Shown piece after piece: positions 18,942 to 27,842 of a stretch of 64,000 nt of DNA. A program made the translations under genes and the position numbers. The stretch's first letter is position 1; each line of letters opens with the position of its first letter. The stretch spans positions 32,001-96,000 of IMG/VR virus record IMGVR_UViG_3300018432_000001; one strand, given 5' to 3'. The notes under the pieces are model-generated. The model was not told the DNA's origin and ran no database searches. It saw only the letters and a program-made list of their open reading frames with translations. The DNA is from a virus.

Positions 18942-19360
18942 CGGCCCTCCTCAGTCTTCCGTTCGGGCATCGGGCCGCGCTCATCACTGAACGTCATGAC
19001 CGTGCTGATGCACCGCACGCCCGCGACCTGCCGACTCGTCACCTCGTGACCGAACCCGGGGTAGCGGATGCGCACCCGGAACGGGCTGTCTTGCCCGGGG
19101 TGGTGGTGGATGTACTCGACCACGGCAACGGCGGTGTTCCGCTCCCACTGCCCCAGGTCACGCAGGTACTGGTCCCACGTGATCTCAAGAGGATGACCGG
19201 ACGAGGCGAAATCCACCAGCACCCGAGCATCCTCAATCGGCAAGCCCGTGATCTGGGCGTACTCATGCGCCAGATCCGCCAGCGCAGGCCAACCCAGACG
19301 CTTCGCACCGTCGACCACTCGCGTCCCTTCCCACGTCGCATCCGTGAGCTTTTCCCGCAT
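18938..19360 (-). CDS. hypothetical protein
   Basis: GAGGAGG RBS; MREKLTD. Confidence 0.7.
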   Translation of the reverse strand: MREKLTDATWEGTRVVDGAKRLGWPALADLAHEYAQITGLPIEDARVLVDFASSGHPLEITWDQYLRDLGQWERNTAVAVVEYIHHHPGQDSPFRVRIRYPGFGHEVTSRQVAGVRCISTVMTFSDERGPMPERKTEEGR

Positions 19361-19433
19361 GCACCCTCCTCTCCTCGAATAGACCTTCAGCGGACCCGCC
19401 GCACCCCCGTGCGCTGGCGAACCACTGTGACGC

Positions 19434-19997
19434 CTACTCCTCTTCGACCTTGACCGCGTCCTCGTACAGGACCGAGCCCATGCCTTCCTTGCGGTAGTGG
19501 CAGATGGCCTCCAGCACCGTCTCCAGTTCATCGGGCGTCATGTCCGCGTACCCGAACTGGATCACGACCTGCGCATACCCGCGCTCATCGCGGTAGTACG
19601 CCTCCACTGTCGGGTTCGTGACGTCGCCCTCGTAGTAGGCGAACTTGGCCGCCTCGATCAGTTCGTCCTCGTTCTCACCGGCCCACCCCACGAACCCGTT
19701 GAACCGCAGCTCCTCGGCGTTGTCGACCCACTCCATGACCAGACCGGGCGGGCACGGGAACGCCTCGATCATCTCGGTTTTCGCTTTCGTGTCCGGGTGC
19801 TGCTCGTGAGCGATGGCCTTGACCACCGAATCGGGCACGCCCAGCTCGGACAGGACCCGCTCGGCCGTGTCCTCCTCGTCTAGCTCAGCCTCCCCGCGCA
19901 GGTACTCGTCCGCGAGCAGCCGGTACACCAGCTCCGCAGCACTCCGCGCGTTCTGCCGCTGCGGGTCGTTCCCCAACCCGCTCCACACGTCTGCCAT
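19434..19997 (-). CDS. acidic hypothetical protein
   Basis: GAGGAGG RBS. Confidence 0.75.
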   Translation of the reverse strand: MADVWSGLGNDPQRQNARSAAELVYRLLADEYLRGEAELDEEDTAERVLSELGVPDSVVKAIAHEQHPDTKAKTEMIEAFPCPPGLVMEWVDNAEELRFNGFVGWAGENEDELIEAAKFAYYEGDVTNPTVEAYYRDERGYAQVVIQFGYADMTPDELETVLEAICHYRKEGMGSVLYEDAVKVEEE

Positions 19998-20010
19998 CTG
20001 CGCCTCCTCG

Positions 20011-20370
20011 TTAACTTGTCAACAGCTTGTCGGCCTCGTCCAGCGCGACCTCCCACGCCAGCATCTTGATCAGCTCACCGGGCATCGCAGGACGCAACCG
20101 GTGATTCTCGATCACCCCCGAGCACCGCGCCATCGCCTCGGCGTCGTCGTCCGGGGCGAACACCTCGACCTCGAACCGGTACATCCCGCCAGGGGTCACC
20201 CCGCGACGGGTCCCGAACCCGATGTTGTCGGCCGCGAACACCGTCACCGCGCACCACCCGCCGTTAGCGAGCGCGTACTTGCGCGTCTGCGCCCACGCCT
20301 CCCACATCCCGTTGAACTTCTCGTCCCGGGTGGTGCGCCCGATCTCGGCCCCGTCGTGCAACTGGCTCAC
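20011..20370 (-). CDS. hypothetical protein
   Basis: GTGA overlap; GGAGGTG RBS. Confidence 0.65.
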   Translation of the reverse strand: MSQLHDGAEIGRTTRDEKFNGMWEAWAQTRKYALANGGWCAVTVFAADNIGFGTRRGVTPGGMYRFEVEVFAPDDDAEAMARCSGVIENHRLRPAMPGELIKMLAWEVALDEADKLLTS

Positions 20371-20855
20371 TCGCTCACCTCCTCGACGCCGACCGCCGCG
20401 AACAGCTCGGACCGCAACCCGGCAGAGACGCCGTCGGGGTGCAAGCTGTACTCGAACCGCTGATTTTGCTCGTACTGGTACTGCTCGTAGGCGTACACCC
20501 ACACGGTTCCCAGCGGCTGCGACTCCCAGCCGGGAGACGTGGACGCCTCCCAGAGAGAATCCGGGTACACGTTCCAACCCTTGAGCGCGTCCCCGAGAGC
20601 GACCGCAAGCGTGTCGCACACGCAGCACCCGTCCTTTTCGGAGCCGCACTCGCAGTCCTTCTCGACCAGTTCCCAGACGACCGCGAGCGTGCCCAGCTTC
20701 TCGGGCTCGTCCGCGTCCTCTTCCCAGCGGGCGAACTCGGTCCGGTACATGCGCACCACGGGCAGCCCGGTCTCACCCGCGCGGATCTCGCGGTGCTCCT
20801 CGGGCGTGATCTTGTCGAACTCCTCATCAACCCGGAGCTCTTTCAACTCCCACAT
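20367..20855 (-). CDS. acidic Cys-cluster protein
   Basis: CECGSEKDGCCVCD; AGGAGG RBS. Confidence 0.7.
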   Translation of the reverse strand: MWELKELRVDEEFDKITPEEHREIRAGETGLPVVRMYRTEFARWEEDADEPEKLGTLAVVWELVEKDCECGSEKDGCCVCDTLAVALGDALKGWNVYPDSLWEASTSPGWESQPLGTVWVYAYEQYQYEQNQRFEYSLHPDGVSAGLRSELFAAVGVEEVSE

Positions 20856-20941
20856 GTGAGACCTCCTCTCAAATCAGTAGTGTCCTAGAAGGTTGTGACA
20901 ACCCGCCCCCACCCCCGTGGGAGACGGGCTCTCGGAACCCG

Positions 20942-21070
20942 CTACAACCAGCAGTGACCCGCCTTCCGGAACCACCGCGTATGACGCCACAGACCCCAAC
21001 CCGTCCGCGCCCGGAACCGCACCAGCCACCCGCCGCACTGCTTGCAGCGGCGCCGCTCCCACCGCTTCAC
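20942..21070 (-). CDS. small Arg/Trp-rich Cys/His peptide
   Basis: MKRWERRRCKQCGGWL...WRH...HCWL; GTGA overlap. Confidence 0.45.
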   Translation of the reverse strand: MKRWERRRCKQCGGWLVRFRARTGWGLWRHTRWFRKAGHCWL

Positions 21071-21330
21071 GACCCGGCCCCCGCTCTCGGCAGCTCCACC
21101 AGGTACTCGGTCAACTGCCCATACCCGCTGTTGTACGTCGTGTCACGGGAAGTCCCGAACACCCGGACCATGACCAGCTTCCCGGCCCCGACCACCGCGC
21201 CAGCCTCCACCAGCACCTCACGCCACGGCCGCTCCTGGCCCTCCTCCTCGTCGCCGGACTCGCCCCGGTAGATCACCCGACCCACCAGCGAACCCCGGTC
21301 ACGGTGCAACCGCACCAACTCCCGACCCAT
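21067..21330 (-). CDS. hypothetical protein
   Basis: AGGAGG RBS; MGRELVRL. Confidence 0.65.
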   Translation of the reverse strand: MGRELVRLHRDRGSLVGRVIYRGESGDEEEGQERPWREVLVEAGAVVGAGKLVMVRVFGTSRDTTYNSGYGQLTEYLVELPRAGAGS

Positions 21331-21457
21331 CACGGACCTCCTCTCACGTTGGGAACCTTGCGGCAACCCGGCACGCACCCCCGTGCGCCTGCCGGGCACC
21401 GTAAAGCGCCCTACTTGCGGACCCGCGCACCTTCGTACGCAGGGTTAACGACCCGCT

Positions 21458-22018
21458 CTAGAGCCCCTGCCGCTGCGCCTGATCGGTGAAATTCCACTCG
21501 TATTCCTCGTGTGTGAGGTCCGACGTGGGGTAGCCCTCGCTACTCAGGGCGTCGCACAGCGCAGCGGCGTCCTCGTACGCCAGGCCGTCCGCCTGCCCCC
21601 AGTCGACGCAGTCCATGGTCGCGGTCTCGTCCACGGGGGGCAGGTCGTCCTCTTCGGGAGACACGTACTCCGGTTCCTCCCTCGGTTCCTCGGGAGACAC
21701 GTACTCCGGAGCGCTTGCGTCCCCTTCGGGGGTCGCGTCGCCTGCGGGCACGGGGCCGTCCACCGTGGCGGGCGCGTCGTCCACCGCGACGGTGGTATCC
21801 ACCTTGACGGGTTCAGGCACTGTCACCGCCTCGGGCGTGGGCACGGGCATCCTCTCCGGCACGGCACCCAGGGCATCCCGGTCGCCGCGCTCCGGTGCGG
21901 GGGCCACCGCCGTGTCCGCCACGGCCACCGCGTCAGGCGCGACCTCCGTTCCAGCACACCCGGCCAGAACCGCGAACGCGGCAAAGGTGAGGCACACCCC
22001 CATAAGTCGATTACGCAT
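21458..22018 (-). CDS. lipoprotein
   Basis: MRNRLMGVCLTFAAFAV-LAGC lipobox; P/E/A-rich linker with PEYVSPEE twice. Confidence 0.8.
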   Translation of the reverse strand: MRNRLMGVCLTFAAFAVLAGCAGTEVAPDAVAVADTAVAPAPERGDRDALGAVPERMPVPTPEAVTVPEPVKVDTTVAVDDAPATVDGPVPAGDATPEGDASAPEYVSPEEPREEPEYVSPEEDDLPPVDETATMDCVDWGQADGLAYEDAAALCDALSSEGYPTSDLTHEEYEWNFTDQAQRQGL

Positions 22019-22151
22019 CGTATGTCCTTTCTTGGTTGGAAACCTGACGGAAACCCGCCCCCACGCCAAGGACGGGCTCCCGTCAAACGTCCAACGATCA
22101 GGCGCGTCGCGGGCCGCCCCCGAAGGGACGAGACGGACTCACACCTGGCTC

Positions 22152-22508
22152 TCAACCCAGGAGCACCGCACCCGCAGTCGCCCGCGTCGTCGGCACATGC
22201 CGACCCCACCGCAACCGCACCGTGTGGTCCTCGCGCCCGTACTCGGCGAGCACCACCGGCTCCAACTCCTTCGGGCACCCGCGCTTGAACATCGGCGCGA
22301 CCGCGCGCACCGGGTCATCGGCGAACTCGCCCCACGGCAGCGTCAACCCACCCTGCAACGGATTCACCGCCCCGAACGCGAACGCCTCGCACTCCCCGTC
22401 CGGAGCCGCAACCCGGTCCTCCTCGCGCAACTGCTCGAACAGCCACCGCACGAACTTCGCGTTCGTCTGCGCCTCCACCTGAACCTCAACCCGACCCACA
22501 CCAACCAC
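22152..22508 (-). CDS. hypothetical protein
   Basis: GGGAGG RBS. Confidence 0.6.
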   Translation of the reverse strand: MVGVGRVEVQVEAQTNAKFVRWLFEQLREEDRVAAPDGECEAFAFGAVNPLQGGLTLPWGEFADDPVRAVAPMFKRGCPKELEPVVLAEYGREDHTVRLRWGRHVPTTRATAGAVLLG

Positions 22509-22523
22509 GAGCCAACCTCCCTC

Positions 22524-22946
22524 TTACAGCTTCTCGATACGAACCGGAACCGACCCGAAGTCGCGCACGAAATGCTCGCTCCACGCCAGCTCCATCACGC
22601 CCTTGAACGAGTCCTCCTCGGGCCGGTGCGAGGACACACCCCACTTCGGGTGCGTCACCTCCAACGACCAGCCCTGATAGGACAACTCGCCCCGTGAGGA
22701 CATCACCGCGTTCACGACGATCTCCACACCCAGATCCGGCGCAGCCGTCTGCACGAACGCGGCCCGCTTCCGACCCGTGAACGCGCCCTCAGGCTTCGCG
22801 TTCCCCTGCTTGTCCTTCGGAGTCGTCTCCTCCAGAACATCCGCGACCACCCGCGCGAGCTCCTTACGGGACCCGTGCGGCATGACCACCGACGCCAGCG
22901 CACCCGCGATCGTCTTCACATGCGACGTCGTCAACCGATGCACCAT
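22524..22946 (-). CDS. hypothetical protein (N-terminus related to 22950-23162)
   Basis: TTSHVKTIAGAL...LARVVADVLEE...F..RAAFVQTA. Confidence 0.65.
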   Translation of the reverse strand: MVHRLTTSHVKTIAGALASVVMPHGSRKELARVVADVLEETTPKDKQGNAKPEGAFTGRKRAAFVQTAAPDLGVEIVVNAVMSSRGELSYQGWSLEVTHPKWGVSSHRPEEDSFKGVMELAWSEHFVRDFGSVPVRIEKL

Positions 22947-22949
22947 TCG

Positions 22950-23162
22950 CTACACCTCCTCACAATGAACAGACGAGTACACCTCGCCAGAGCGCGCGAT
23001 CTCGGCCGCTTCCACGAACAGCGTCGCGTTGAAACGCGGGTTGTCCGCAATGAACACCTCGATCATTGCCGCCAGCAGGTCATAGAACACCTTGTCGGGC
23101 ATCTCCACACCCGCCACCAACGCAGCGAACTGCTCATAGGTCGTCTTGCTCATACGCGGCAT
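22950..23162 (-). CDS. conserved small phage protein (DNPRF family)
   Basis: MSKTTYEQFA...FIADNPRFNATLFVEA. Confidence 0.75.
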   Translation of the reverse strand: MPRMSKTTYEQFAALVAGVEMPDKVFYDLLAAMIEVFIADNPRFNATLFVEAAEIARSGEVYSSVHCEEV

Positions 23163-23251
23163 GACAACTCCTCTCCTCGTGAAAACACTCAGGCCCCACC
23201 CGGAAACCCGGATGAGGCCTAAGCAGGTTCACGACCTGCGCCGAACCAACC

Positions 23252-23437
23252 TCACACCTCCTCGCACACCACCTCAGACCAGCCCGGCCGCAACCCCACC
23301 GACGGCACGAACGGCTCCTCCATGCGCTGCCCCCACTGGACCAGCACCCGGAACCGCTCACCCTCCGCGTGGATCGCATAGACCCGCAACCGACCCACCC
23401 GAACCGCGCTAATCGACTTGCCCCGGAAAAACTCCAT
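23252..23437 (-). CDS. small hypothetical protein, first gene of leftward operon
   Basis: GAAAGGG RBS; MEFFRGK. Confidence 0.55.
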   Translation of the reverse strand: MEFFRGKSISAVRVGRLRVYAIHAEGERFRVLVQWGQRMEEPFVPSVGLRPGWSEVVCEEV

Positions 23438-23517
23438 GACCTGCCCTTTCACCGAACTAGTTGAAACTTCAATGACTGAAAACCCGGGGAAACACCCCGA
23501 ACCCAGGCACGCCAAGC

Positions 23518-23546
23518 GCCCCGGCCACCCGAAGACGGCCGGGGCA
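23518..23546 (-). other. stable hairpin with cUUCGg tetraloop in operon leader
   Basis: GCCCCGGCCGTC-TTCG-GGTGGCCGGGGC on the minus strand. Confidence 0.6.
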
Positions 23547-23944
23547 CCTCACCCGGTTGAACAAACTTCACGACTCGGGAGAATGCCGCTCCCGACCAGC
23601 ATCAACTTTGAAATTAGTATGAAATTAGCTCGAACCTACAGAAACGGCCCGTTCAGTGACGTGATTGCCGCTCGCCCACCAGACACCCGCTTATCCGGGG
23701 TGGGGCCGCGCCCGCTCTATTCCACCTACTAGCGACCTGCCCTCTGAGGACAACTCACGCCCACCGATACCTCAACCCGCAAGGGGAGGCACCCGATGCG
23801 CATGAAAAATACTCAGAGACCCGGACCCATGACCCGCAACCCGCTAGACAATGTCCAGATTGTCCCGAATTTTATATTTCACGTGCGGCCCGTTCATGTT
23901 GCGAGCGTGAGCAGGGCGTGCGTTTTGTCCGTTTTGGGGACACG

Positions 23945-23969
23945 AAAAAAGGCCGCCCGTGGGCAGCCT
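23945..23969 (-). terminator. intrinsic terminator
   Basis: AGGCTGCCC-AC-GGGCGGCC-TTTTTT downstream of 23987-24928. Confidence 0.75.
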
Positions 23970-23986
23970 GATTTCGTTGGTTTCGT

Positions 23987-24928
23987 TCACTTTTCGACTT
24001 TCGCGAAGGTTGCGAGGTCCTTCAGGAATTGTCCGAATTCTCCGGACTTGTAACGCTTGGGCAACCCTTGCGTCAAGCTGGTCACTTCACTAGGCGAGTA
24101 CAGGTCAATATCGACCATTTCGCCCGGTTCGATGCGTTGGGCAAGTTCCCGTAGCATGTCGCTACGGTTGTCGCCTGCCAGCTTGCCGCGCTTGGCTTGG
24201 ACGTCGTGAACCCGTGCGAGCATGACGAGCATGTCGCGCGGGATTGCGAGCGTGTACCGGTTCGCGACCGGTTCGCCAGCGCTGGCGGGTTCGGTTGCGT
24301 CTCGCATGACGTTCGCGAGCGCTTCCCTTGCCGTCGGGTCGCTTTTGTACATAAGGTGCTTATTGCGTGCCGTGAGCGGTTTGTCCGTTCCGGCACCGTG
24401 CGGCATGACGTACTCAATGCCGCTGGTAGACACGTGCTTACGCTTGGATGATGCCTTGCGATCGATAGGCGACGGCTTATCCATGTACGCGTCCGAAGAG
24501 AACGCATACGTAGCCGCTGAATAGTAGCCAGCTTTAGCCGCCCGGTCCCGCGCTTCCGTCGAAATGTCCTTATCGTCCCTATGCGGGAGATTGGGACCTT
24601 CCGACAGTTCGGCTACATCCATAACCACGGGCGAAACCTTACGGAATCGCAGCGGAATGAACTTGCCAACTACGCGGTTGTCACCCGTACCGAACACTTT
24701 CGGTTTCTGCTCTTCATAGGCAGCGTGAGCCGCCATGTGTTCCGCACGGTCATCACTGCGACGCTGCGACACTCGCGCTTGCGATTCCGCACGGTCCTCG
24801 TAAAACTTTTTGACCGCGCGTTGTTTCGCTTGCGCTGGCGTCTCCCCCTTGCGAGGGTTAGCCGCTTTCGATGCACCGGGAATCCTATAGACCTCATAGT
24901 CACGATCCGTCACAAACGGTTCAGACAT
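23987..24928 (-). CDS. basic hypothetical protein with atypical codon usage
   Basis: 313-aa ORF, GAGGAG RBS, own terminator, lower GC than neighbours. Confidence 0.75.
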   Translation of the reverse strand: MSEPFVTDRDYEVYRIPGASKAANPRKGETPAQAKQRAVKKFYEDRAESQARVSQRRSDDRAEHMAAHAAYEEQKPKVFGTGDNRVVGKFIPLRFRKVSPVVMDVAELSEGPNLPHRDDKDISTEARDRAAKAGYYSAATYAFSSDAYMDKPSPIDRKASSKRKHVSTSGIEYVMPHGAGTDKPLTARNKHLMYKSDPTAREALANVMRDATEPASAGEPVANRYTLAIPRDMLVMLARVHDVQAKRGKLAGDNRSDMLRELAQRIEPGEMVDIDLYSPSEVTSLTQGLPKRYKSGEFGQFLKDLATFAKVEK

Positions 24929-25130
24929 GATGATATCTCCTCAATAGTCCCATTTCGCGCAACTAGTCCCCTTCGCATATAGCTAGCCATGGCACAGTTC
25001 GCCCCCAAGGGAGCGCCCAATGCGGGCGGGATTCGTCGCGCGTCTGCGCTTCAAAACACACTGTTCGGTTAGGAAAAAACAGTCGCCGCCCGGGTTCCGC
25101 GTTCCGTGTGGTTCGCGTCGCTCGGAAGCG

Positions 25131-25148
25131 ATGACATAACTATGTCAT
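25131..25148. promoter_or_regulatory. operator-like palindrome
   Basis: ATGACATA-AC-TATGTCAT. Confidence 0.6.
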
Positions 25149-26084
25149 AGGCCAGCGCGCCCAATTTTGGGGGTCCTGACCTGGGGATTCATTTTGTCCG
25201 TTTTGCGTTTCGCCTGGTCACGGGCTTGTGGGAGGAAATGGGGTCAGCAGTCAAGAGGGTATGACAGCGCTTGCCACAAAGGTCACGGTTTGGTAAAGCC
25301 TGCGTATGCCCTGGTCAGCGGCTCAACATTTCCGAAATTCGCACGGTATCGACATTGTGGACAGTCAAGTGGAAAGCGCTTGCTTTACACAGTGGATGGT
25401 CACAGTAGTCACGCTAGGCAACACGCGTCACAAGCGGCCAGCGCGGGCAGTGATCGCGCGTTGTGACGGGATGGGCTTAGGGGGACGAGACGATGCGGAT
25501 GAGGCATTGAGGGTGTGAGCTGGGAGGATGCAGCGTTTCGCCTGGTAGATTCGTCGCACTGTCGCAAGTGGAGCCGAGAGCGTCCGAAGTGGACACGATG
25601 GGGTGGGAGTGGCGTATGCCTGCCAGCGCGTCAGATGATGCCAATGAGGCATTGTGGCGCTGGCCTGCGACGATACGCGTTTCCCCTGGTAGATTGCTCG
25701 CGACCGGTTCGGGTAGGCCGCTAGGGGAGGCGTAGCGCGCTGGCAGTGGCGCGGCCTAGCCCACGGGTAGGGATGCACGCTGCGAGCGGCGTAGGGAGGC
25801 GTACAGCGGCCTAGGGAGGCAGGTACGCCAGCGCGGCCTAGCCGCTCCCTTCACACGGTGCGCATGTGTGCGCGAATAGCACAGTGCCGCGCTGGCGTCA
25901 AGGGTGAGGCCATGATCGTTATCGTATTGTGATGTCATGCTGGCAAGCAATGGAGCGCTCCCAAGAATGGAGCCGCATGTCAAAGGCACATTCCATGCAT
26001 ACCGAGTATCAACACATTGTTTACCGAATGCCACACAGTGAGACGCCAGCTACCAAACGCAAGCGCATCGCTACACAGAGCTAG

Positions 26085-26342
26085 TCCACATGAGAGGCAG
26101 CTATACGCGCGGCTAGTGCCAGCGCGCCACTACACATAATCCACAAGCGACGCTCACCAATTCCACACAGGACACATCCACATGAGACACGCTCGCCTCC
26201 ACAAAGGACGTCCACACAGGACAGAGCGAAGATCATGCATCCACAAGCGACAGTCCACACAGGATCAATCCAAAATCGACAGTCCACATCGGAGGGCCGA
26301 TCCGTCCACAGTGGACGCCACCCCCTTAAAAGATAGGGGGGT
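26085..26342 (+). repeat. cluster of ten co-oriented TCCACA boxes ending in two palindromes
   Basis: TCCACA at 26085, 26140, 26162, 26177, 26198, 26211, 26240, 26254, 26283, 26305; GTCCAC-A-GTGGAC at 26304; CCCCCT-TAAAAGAT-AGGGGG at 26321. Confidence 0.8.
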
Positions 26343-26472
26343 CGTGAAATTTTCCAGGATTCGAGCGTATCACATGAGGATCGCTCGTGAATGCAGGGTT
26401 TTGCCATTGTCGTGATGGTGTTGTGCCTGGTGTGGCCCGAGTTTGTTTTGTAGGTAGTGGAACCTTCTCGGT

Positions 26473-26499
26473 GGCCTCTCGTGCAGCATGCGAGAGGCC
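26473..26499 (-). terminator. hairpin after HTH gene
   Basis: GGCCTCTCG...CGAGAGGCC stem. Confidence 0.5.
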
Positions 26500-26511
26500 T
26501 TCATGCGTTGG

Positions 26512-26802
26512 TTATTTGCTGGGGCCCGGGGGTCGTCCTCTTAGGGTGAGGCCTTCGCGTTGACGTTGGTGGGTGAGGGCGATGCGTTGTTCGTTCCAGG
26601 TTTCCCATTCGGGGAGGCGTTCTTGGAGCCAGAGGGGTGTGGGGGTTCCTCGTTTTCCGACGAGGTGTGCGTCGGGGGGTGGGGTGGGAAGGTCGCGGTC
26701 GTTTTGCCACTTGTTGATGAGGTGGCGGATGTTGCTGGGTGAGATGTATCCGAGGGTGGTTGCGATCTGTGTGATTGTGATGTAGATGGGCTGGGTGCTC
26801 AT
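26512..26802 (-). CDS. AlpA/excisionase-like HTH DNA-binding protein
   Basis: YITITQIATTLG...NIRHLINKW...PPPD...PLWLQERLPEW; AAGGA RBS. Confidence 0.6.
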   Translation of the reverse strand: MSTQPIYITITQIATTLGYISPSNIRHLINKWQNDRDLPTPPPDAHLVGKRGTPTPLWLQERLPEWETWNEQRIALTHQRQREGLTLRGRPPGPSK

Positions 26803-26952
26803 CGGTGGTCCTTGTGGGTTGGGTGGGGGTGCCGCGCTGCTCGGGGTATGACTGCCGTGCAGCGCGGCGGCTCTGTGGGGTGGGGTTGACGGTAGCAGGG
26901 TGGCGATGTCGAGTGAAGGGCTGTCGCATTTGATCGTCTAGACTTCCTGGTC

Positions 26953-27501
26953 ATGCACACGAGACGAGTCTTGCCCTTTGGGCATGCGCCCGAGGAACAC
27001 CGGCATGCAGTGTTCGAGAGCCTGGGTCCGGAGTACGGGTCTGAGGAGGAGCAGCGGAAGGTCGGTCTGTGGTTGTCGGTGGCGGCCGATGAGTGCGCGG
27101 GGTGTTCGCAGCGGCTGGTGTGGCTGCTGGCTAAGGATGTGGGGGCGGTGGTGTCGTTGGGGAAGGTCGTGAAGTTGTTGTTCACGTCTGCGCCGCCGCC
27201 GGAGGGCGCGCATGAGGAGTTGACGGAGTTCCTGCAGTGGAGCACGGTGAGTGATCGTGCGGAGTTGGTGGTGGAGATCGCGAACGATTTCATTGCGCGG
27301 CGGCGTGAAGCGATTGCGGCGGCGGCGGCGTCGTTGGGGGATGCGGCGTCATTCCTGGGTGGGGTCGAGGAGCGGGGTGAGGGTTTTGGTGTTGCAAGGG
27401 AAGACCCAGGTGAAGGTGCTGGCGTTCGTCCAGTTCTCTCTGGTGGAGAGCAGGGTCTCCAGGGGGCTGAGTGTGGTCAGGAAGGCGATGGCGTGCCATA
27501 G
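26953..27501 (+). CDS. CxxC helical protein, paralog family P3
   Basis: DECAGCSQRLVWLLA; 3' end overlaps a convergent gene. Confidence 0.6.
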   Translation: MHTRRVLPFGHAPEEHRHAVFESLGPEYGSEEEQRKVGLWLSVAADECAGCSQRLVWLLAKDVGAVVSLGKVVKLLFTSAPPPEGAHEELTEFLQWSTVSDRAELVVEIANDFIARRREAIAAAAASLGDAASFLGGVEERGEGFGVAREDPGEGAGVRPVLSGGEQGLQGAECGQEGDGVP

Positions 27502-27816
27502 GCCGGTGGTGTCGTGGGGTGGGGGGTTGTCCCAGCCGGGGATGACGGTGAGGGTGTCGGTGAGGTGGGGGTAGCGCAGGAGGGCGTTGCGCACCCATTC
27601 GGGTACGGCGAGGAAGTGGGGGCTTTCGCGCCACCGGTAGCGGAGTTCGATCTGGACCATCTCGATGAAGGCGGCGAGGTGTCGGGTGGCTTGGTCGCGG
27701 TCTTTGGGCATTTCGTCGGGTTCCCAGATGACGGGTGCCTGGTCGGCTTCATTGATGATGCGTCGCATGGTCATGTTCACGTGGGCGTGGACGGGCCCGG
27801 GGATGTCGAATCGCAT
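27349..27816 (-). CDS. hypothetical protein
   Basis: ORF track; follows DUF6879-like gene. Confidence 0.55.
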   Translation of the reverse strand: MRFDIPGPVHAHVNMTMRRIINEADQAPVIWEPDEMPKDRDQATRHLAAFIEMVQIELRYRWRESPHFLAVPEWVRNALLRYPHLTDTLTVIPGWDNPPPHDTTGLWHAIAFLTTLSPLETLLSTRENWTNASTFTWVFPCNTKTLTPLLDPTQE

Positions 27817-27842
27817 GGAGCGACGCTAGCAGCCGCTTGTGT

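Larger units (their letters stand above)
11229..21396 (-). repeat. dispersed intergenic hairpin family (about 10 copies), core GCAC-GGGG-GTGC on the coding strand
   Basis: Copies at 11229-11266, 11915-11948, 13296-13328, 14193-14229, 14952-14991, 16317-16342, 17712-17751, 19388-19427, 20902-20928, 21367-21396; all lie between a stop codon and the next RBS. Confidence 0.85.

Noticed and set aside
11229-21396. Hairpin repeats as a CRISPR array
   Set aside because: Spacing is irregular (0.5-1.7 kb), the intervals are whole genes, and no cas genes are present.
26085-26310. Bona fide chromosomal oriC
   Set aside because: No full TT(A/G)TCCACA 9-mer and no dnaA/dnaN context; kept only as a DnaA-core-like array.
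25167-26415. Short ORFs in the control island
   Set aside because: No RBS, no coding-like codon bias, mutually overlapping on both strands.
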